A stretch of 64,000 nucleotides of DNA, taken from NCBI RefSeq assembly GCF_009914755.1, contig NC_060928.1; one strand, given 5' to 3'. This document shows positions 57,385 to 64,000 of the stretch, piece by piece. The translations under genes were made by a program, and so were the position numbers. Positions within the stretch are counted from its first letter, which is position 1, and every line of letters begins with the position of its first letter. This stretch comes from the human T2T-CHM13v2.0 reference genome, Homo sapiens. Under the pieces are notes generated by a model, which saw only the letters and a list, made by a program, of their open reading frames with translations, had not been told where the DNA came from and ran no database searches.

Positions 57385-57560
57385 TAAGGGCTGTATATGA
57401 ATTACTTCATTTAATCCTTCTAAGGATTTTATGAGGTAAGTCTTAATATTATCTCCATTTAACACATTAAAAAAATGATGCCTAGAGGAGCTAACCAATC
57501 TGCCCATAGTTAGGTACCTAATAGGCCACAGGGCCAGGTGTGATTCTCCTTTCAGGGCCT
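57385..57560 (-). mobile_element. MIR
   Basis: cttcatttaatccttctaaggattttatgaggtaag...attatctccattt. Confidence 0.7.
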
Positions 57561-58001
57561 ATGTGCTCAACAAGTGTACATATTTCCATTGGTTTCCATT
57601 CTGAGGCCATGGTGGAACCATAAATTTACCTTGCATCCTTTGGCAGTTGCAGATAGAAATGTCCTTAAATAAGTTTCTTGTAATGCTAGAACTGCTTTGG
57701 CAATATTGGCCCAATATTTCCAGAGGGATGTTGTCTAAGAAAGCCTTTCTAAATGCAACTTGCAATCTCCTGTTCTTCAGGTCATACGAGGACAGCTCTT
57801 CACCTGTATGACCACCTTGAACTTTTCACAATAGGACATGAAGGTGTTTGTTTTGTTTTGTGGCTTGCAGTCCCCACAGCGTGTCACAGAGGAAGTGATA
57901 TGGAACTATTATCAAAAGCAGCTTTTGTGTCCCATCCGCATGAGTGGGGAATGAAGGGCTTTGCAGCGCATTTCTTTTTGTTTGTTTGTTTGTTTGTTTT
58001 T

Positions 58002-58498
58002 AAATGACTATAAATCATGCTGCTATAAAGACACATGCACACGTATGTTTATTGCGGCATTATTCACAATAGCAAAGACTTGGAACCAACCCAAATGTCC
58101 AACAATGATAGACTGCATTAAGAAAATGTGGCACATATACACCATGGAATACTATGCAGCCATAAAAAATGATGAGTTCATGTCCTTTGTAGGGACATGG
58201 ATGAAATTGGAAATCATCATTCTCAGTAAACTATCGCAAGAACAAAAAACCAAACACCGCATATTCTCACTCATAGGTGGGAATTGAACAATGAGATCAC
58301 ATGGACACAGGAAGGGGAACATCACACTCTGGGGACTGTGGTGGGGTGGGGGGAGGTGGGAGGGATAGCATTGGGAGATATACCTAATGCTAGATGACGA
58401 GTTAATGGGTGCAGCGCACCAGCATGGCACATGTATACATATGTAACTAACCTGCACAATGTGCACATGTACCCTAAAACTTAAAGTATAATAAAAAG
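58002..58498 (+). mobile_element. 5'-truncated young L1 (L1PA2-like), about 500 bp
   Basis: ORF2 C-terminus DYKSCCYKDTCTRMFIAALFTIAKTWNQPKCP...IFSLIGGN*; 3'UTR gagatcacatgg, gatgacgagtt and cctgcacaatgtgcac. Confidence 0.95.
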
Positions 58499-58876
58499 AA
58501 GTCATACTTTTTCTATGTGAAATCATTTGATAATTTGTTTTCTGTAAAAAAAAAAAAGGCATTCAAATTCACAATACAATACTGCTATGCACTAGGTAGT
58601 TTCTCATAAGCTCTTTTATTTCTACATCTTAGGCATCAACATTTTACATTCATGTTAACCTGGATGGGCTCCCACTGAATCCTGGTAAATATATTTGGAA
58701 GTCAATTTGCAGAATCTAACTTTTGTTTTTATAATAGAAAATCAAATTGTAGGCCTTTTAAAAAGAGAAAACTCCTGCTATCACTCCCACACCAAACACA
58801 AGCCTCTCTTTTACTATTCTTGCTTGTTCTTTTCCAGAAAGAGTAGATTTTTCTGGTTGGTAAGATTATAGAATAC

Positions 58877-58944
58877 TGATCCACCTATACTAGTGATCCA
58901 CCTGTACTAGTGATCCACCTGTACTAGTGACCCACCTACAGTAG
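58877..58944 (+). repeat. 17-bp minisatellite, 4 copies
   Basis: tgatccacctatactag / tgatccacctgtactag (twice) / tgacccacctacagtag. Confidence 0.95.
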
Positions 58945-59406
58945 AGGTCACAGAGCTGAGTTTGCTTAGTTGTGGTTAAATGTGAGCTTTGAGCTTTCAC
59001 TTCCATCAGTGAAAAATTAACAATCTCAACATTTAGATGTAGAGTTAAGGGAGTGCAGAGTCACCCATATCTCTTTGGGCTGTGACATGTGCATCAAATC
59101 CAGTTTTACAGAGCTCTGTACTAAGTACACACTTGCCTCCCAGCTGGCATTGTTTCTTGTGTACAAAGAATCCACAAGATTCACATAACACATGATTGAC
59201 TTCGCTAAGGCAAAATTTTGTTATTTTGTGAGGACTCCTGTTTAATAAAATCCAATATGCATCATATAATTAAAACCTAATCTTTCTGCCCCAACAAAAC
59301 AAAACCTATAACCTGCAGTTGAGAAAACAATTTGAATGTAAGAAATGTAGTGACTTTTATCCAGGTCTATGACAATATTTCAAATCACTATCAACTAGAA
59401 TATACC

Positions 59407-59614
59407 TGATGGACAAACAATGGGCTGCAGGACAAATCCCGCTGTGCTTGTTTTTGTAAATAAAGTTTTATTTGAACACAGCCATGCTCTTTAGTTTACT
59501 ATTTTTTTTGCTGCTTTTGCATTACAAAGGCACAATTGAGACAGAAACTACATGTTCTGCAAAGCCAAAAATATTTACCATTTGGTCCTTAACAGAAAAG
59601 TTTGCTGACTCCTG
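59407..59614 (+). mobile_element. MER58A (hAT-Charlie MITE)
   Basis: gtttttgtaaataaagttttatttgaacacagcca...gcaaagccaaaaatatttacc...acagaaaagtttgctgactcctg. Confidence 0.85.
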
Positions 59615-59639
59615 GACTATGTCATACTTTATATAATGC

Positions 59640-59720
59640 TGCATATTAAAGTTCCTAGAACAGTCCATAACACATAATAGCTACTCGTTAAGTTTCGTTG
59701 TATGAATGAATGAATATAAT
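59640..59720 (+). mobile_element. L2 3' tail
   Basis: cctagaacagtccataacacataatagctactc...tgaatgaatgaat. Confidence 0.6.
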
Positions 59721-59776
59721 ATAAATCTTTTTTGTGCATTTTACAGATTTGTAGGAAAAAGCTCTGCCTTAGAGAT

Positions 59777-60151
59777 TGTATTAGTCCATTTTCACACTGC
59801 TATAAAGGCATACTTGAGACTGAGTAATTTATAAACAAAAGAGGTTTAACTGACTTACAGTTCCACATGGCTGGGGAAGCCTGAGGAAACTTACAGTCAT
59901 GGTGGAAGGTGAAGGGGAAGCAGTCACCTTCTTCACAAGGCAGCAGGAGAGAGAGCATAGGGAGAATGCGCTCTCCAGGCACTTATCAAACAACCAGATC
60001 TCGAGAGAACCCCCTCAGGATCACAAGAAGAGCATGGGGGAAACCACCTCCATGATCCACTCACCTCCCACCAGGTCCCTCCCTCAACACATGGCGATTA
60101 CAACTGGAGATGAGATTTGGGGGAGGGGAGACATGAAGCCAAACCATATCA
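59777..60151 (-). mobile_element. MaLR solo LTR (THE1D/MSTA-like)
   Basis: tgtattagtccattttcacactgctataaag...gccaaaccatatca. Confidence 0.92.
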
Positions 60152-60281
60152 TAGGTGGACTTAAATCTATCTTTCTTTTTGCTCTCCTTCCCTGGGTTTT
60201 TCCTTCCTTCCCTCCTACCTGCCTGCCTCTTTTTTCCCTTTTCCTAGCTGAAGAAAGAGAAAAGAGATTAGCAGTGTCTAT

Positions 60282-61377
60282 TTTTGGGACTAAAAAAGGT
60301 AACCCAAAATGGAGGACTCAGAAACTGCCTCAGAAAGCAGAAGTTTTCTCTTACCTTCTCCTGCCCTCCTGTCTCTCATTCCAATTCTCCCCTGAGGCTA
60401 GCCATAGAAATTAGAATCCCTCTTCCCCAGAGTGGGTCATAAAACCCAGAACCACTTTTTCCCCAAAGCCAGCCATAAAACCTAAAAATATTACCCTAAC
60501 TTACCCTCTGCTTTTCTGTGTAAAAACTGGCCATAAAGAAATTATCTGACCTACCTTGTTTTACTGTAAGTCCTAAGACTCCCATTCCAGAGAGGGTCCT
60601 GCCAATACCCAGAAGGAAGGAGTGCATGCTCCCAGAGGCCAAGAAGAATCTAGACAGACAGGCCTTGCTGGGTTTCCCCACTCAGTCATGTGCTTTTCAT
60701 CCAATCATATTTCTACATAGCTGTTTGTAGTTTGTTAAACCTGTTACCAATACACCAGGATCTTTGGTCTAGGCCTTGCTGCTCACCACACAGAAAGCCA
60801 ATGACTAAGATTGCGAGTATTGCCAGGGAAGAAGGCTTTAATCAGGTGCTTCAACTGGCGATAGAAAGCTCAGTTTCAAACCCATCTCCCAAAACAACTA
60901 AAACCAGAGGTTTACATAGCAAGGAAGAAATGTAACAACGTGTAAGAAAACAGGAACTAGGGAGGGGCAAGGAAGCAATCATGATGAATGAAGGGTCTGG
61001 CATCTCATTGGATGTGGTGATCTGGTGAGTTTCAGTTAGGCAATAATTTTTTTGAGAGGCCTGAAGGCCATTTCCTAAGGAAGGAACTCAGATGAAATAA
61101 ATGTAAGCTTCAAGTTTTAAGACCAGAAAGTTTCATTTCTAAGGCTATCCAAAAAGCAAAAACAAAACAAACAAACAAAAAAACAAGATTATTGGGTCAG
61201 TTTCAAACCTAAGCATAAAAATAGACAATGTCCCTTATGTCTTTGGTTCTTCATTCTGAAGGCCACCATATACACTTAATGAATATGTATACCTTTTATT
61301 TGATTAATCTGTCTCTTGTCAGTGTTTTTCAGCAAACCTTTAGAGGGCAAAGGGGAAGTTTTCGCTTGGGCCCTACA
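60282..61377 (+). mobile_element. ERV1-class solo LTR (MER39-like), split by a nested LTR
   Basis: cccaaaatggaggactcagaa...gaggccaagaagaatctagacagacaggccttgctgggtttcccc...ggccctaca; 4-bp TSD ctat. Confidence 0.8.
60742..61205 (-). mobile_element. ERV1-class solo LTR (MER66-like) nested in the MER39-like LTR
   Basis: tgttacc...gaaagccaatgactaag...attgccagggaagaaggctttaatc...cagtttca; 4-bp TSD aacc (60738-60741 / 61206-61209). Confidence 0.78.
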
Positions 61378-64000
61378 CTATCCTGCTTGAAATTCAGAGA
61401 AATGAACGTGTACCACACAGGCAGAGCCTACCTGCCTCAAGCATGCCAGCAGACTCATCACCCTGGGAATACCTCAGGGAGCCAGTGTCAGATGATTCCC
61501 CACACACTCTTATGTATACTCAGCACATGCCCTTAGATGCCCTCATCTACCATTCTAGTCACTAGACCATTTGTGTCATAAAATGCCTAAACAAAAGCTT
61601 ATTTAATTAGAAGTCTCAAAAAAAAATTAGAAGTCCCTGCCATTGTCATTTGTCACAGACTCATGTGACGGCTAATTTGCCAACTTAAATGTTATATAGG
61701 TGATCATACTTAATTGCAACTTTGCTTCATGTTCAGTTTAGCATTTCACATTACACAGCCTTAATGTTTTTCATGGGAGAAGTAATAAAAGATAAAGAGA
61801 GCTAGGAGGAAATAAAAAGGATGAGAGGTGGGAAGAATAAGATTAATAAGAATGCTATAGCTATAGTTTTTTTGAACTGTCTGCAAATATAAAAGAGATA
61901 ATCACTTCTCCCCAAAATGCTACATCATTTTTTTAGCTTTCAAAATAAATTAAATCATAAGCAATTTATCTTTTCTCTGCTGCATCATTTGGATGTTTAT
62001 TTTCCTACATGGTTATATTCAGTTCTTGAATCATTTAATTTTGAATCAACTCATTATGTCAGTTTTCATTACAGTGGTGTATATGCACAACAAATGGAAC
62101 TAAAATTAAACTAAGGAACCCAGACATAATGCCAAGTAATAGTCCTGACAGAGCTGATTGGAAGTTTGGCTATAAACATTTACCACGTGAAAGGGCACAG
62201 AAGTTGTTAAACACAAACTCCATAAATTCGGTCAAAGCTTATTTATTTAACCATATTCTTCCTCAACTTACTCGGACTTTGATTTTTACAACATTGAAGG
62301 AGGAATTTTCAATATGTAAAAATTGTCCCTAGAGTTTATAACCCTTGTTATAAACTGTTATAAGTGGTAGGAATTGGCTAAATAACTTCTGAAGAACAGA
62401 AACAAAAAATGACTCTTAAATTTTAAAAGTCATTTGGAAAGTGTTTAAATGCTATCTTTAATAGCTCTTTGAAAATTGACATATGACTATTATAATTTAA
62501 AACATTCTCTAATGCACAGTCCAAACATGACCCTGAGACCATGTTTATCATTTAAATGACAAAAGGTATGTACTATGTACACTGCTTTAAATTTAGTTAT
62601 TGGCTTCTAAAGGGATAGAGTGAGGCGGGTGAAGCGGAAAGGAATTATCACTTAATTGATTATCAATATATTTGTTAATATGTAAAATGTTGGAATTCAG
62701 AGTCAATTTATTTCTACCATGCACCTGAACACTATCATGCTTTTGGTATATATGTTTTCAGTGCAAAATAAAGGTTGGTATGTTAGAACAACATAACTAT
62801 ATATCCCATTTCCCAATTATTCCTTTATTATACCTCTATAATATACTATTTTTCTGAAAAAAAAAGAAAAAATATTTATTAAGATCATATGTCTCATGAC
62901 ATTTTTAATGGAATATGAATTTACAAATAAAAAGTTGGTGTGAAAAATGTACAAATTCTGAACAGTTTTTAAACTTAGTTTTTAAAAGTCACTTTTTAAA
63001 GCCCCTTGAACACATCCATCTGTCAGTTCAAGATGGCATCCTCTAGGACTCTCGCATAACATTTACATCATTTCAATTTTATGTCTAAATATGTTGATTG
63101 TGCCTCTTAAAAGGACACCAGTATACAGTGTCCTTGTATTTTATCTGCCTGGATTTCTGTTCCCCAGGAAATATATTATATGACCTCTGATTAGCAGAAC
63201 CTTTGATGACTTGTCTTATTTATTTGTTCCTCCAACCACATAAAAAAATGTTTATGGAGGATCTGCTTCATTCTGGGCACTATTATACACACTGAAACAG
63301 AAATAAATGAGACAAATCAGTCTAGTAGAGATGTATAAATGATAATAATAATGCAGACAGCTAATGGCAAAATTAAAAATATATGCAAAGAACAATGGCA
63401 ACACCATGAATGAGGAATTAAATACGTGGGGACTACTTTTTTGTTCAGCCCCTTTTAATGCTAGCTTCCCAAATTTACCTTCCAGTAATGGGATTCTTCT
63501 GGCACTGCTGAGTAGCAAATCTGAGGCCTATTACTATTAATGCTTGTTTCCTTACATCTCCAAACATACTGCATTTTGTATAAGGTAAATACTCAAAAAA
63601 TATTCATTGCTATTGATACTCATTTAAATGATTTACTGAAACAATGTTGGTAAATAAAGAAACGTATCAGCATAAGAAACGGACAATATGTGAAGGAGCT
63701 GTCCAGGATTAACTGCCTAGACTCAATCACTGCCTTCCTAGCTCATAACATGTAGCAGATTCTTCCTGCCTGGCTAGACTTCCCCAATTCTGCCTTCACT
63801 TGGCCAGATTTGCTCTGCTGGTATGTTTCAGTCCCTCTCTAGTTTCTGAGCCAGTTACTGGCATGTTTAAAATCCTTATTTTAAGTTATACGTGTCTTGA
63901 AATTGAAAGATAAGACTTCTGGAGGATACTTAAGTAAATTTAATTTATGTCCTGCCTTTTGAAACCCCAAACAACTCTAAATTAACATCTTATTTGGCAG

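Noticed and set aside
58877-58944. CRISPR-like array
   Set aside because: Tandem units with no spacers, no cas genes, and a eukaryotic context.
59899-60414. 171-aa ORF
   Set aside because: Runs across an antisense MaLR LTR, a CT-rich linker and the MER39-like LTR; chance fusion frame.
62333-62356. 10-bp inverted repeat agtttataac-cctt-gttataaact (similar 9-bp one at 8310-8330)
   Set aside because: Short and AT-rich; plausible by chance or trivial slippage, with no supporting context.

Overview
AT-rich, repeat-dense primate DNA, probably human or great ape (AluY and L1PA2/3-type copies), from an intronic or intergenic region. I recognise no cellular protein-coding gene, RNA gene or CRISPR array, and nearly all ORFs in the track are Alu, L1 or LTR translations or chance ORFs. 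I found no new biological system. Subfamily names are from recalled consensus sequences, not a search, and boundaries of old repeats are approximate. Best observations: (1) a TSD-flanked L1PA2/3 at 41.4-44.1 kb whose 5'UTR is fused to the 3' part of ORF2 (about 3.5 kb deleted), with a mutated YY1 site, a truncated ORF0 and a 3' transduction; (2) a nested insertion at 1.17-1.60 kb, where an L1 3' transduction contains an Alu tail with extra sequence and its own direct repeats; (3) a THE1A element whose 3' LTR keeps a DUX4 motif, TATA and splice donors, upstream of several + strand candidate exons, possibly an LTR-driven spliced transcript; (4) several fold-back or templated-insertion scars, including a perfect 20-bp hairpin and a rewritten AluY B-box.
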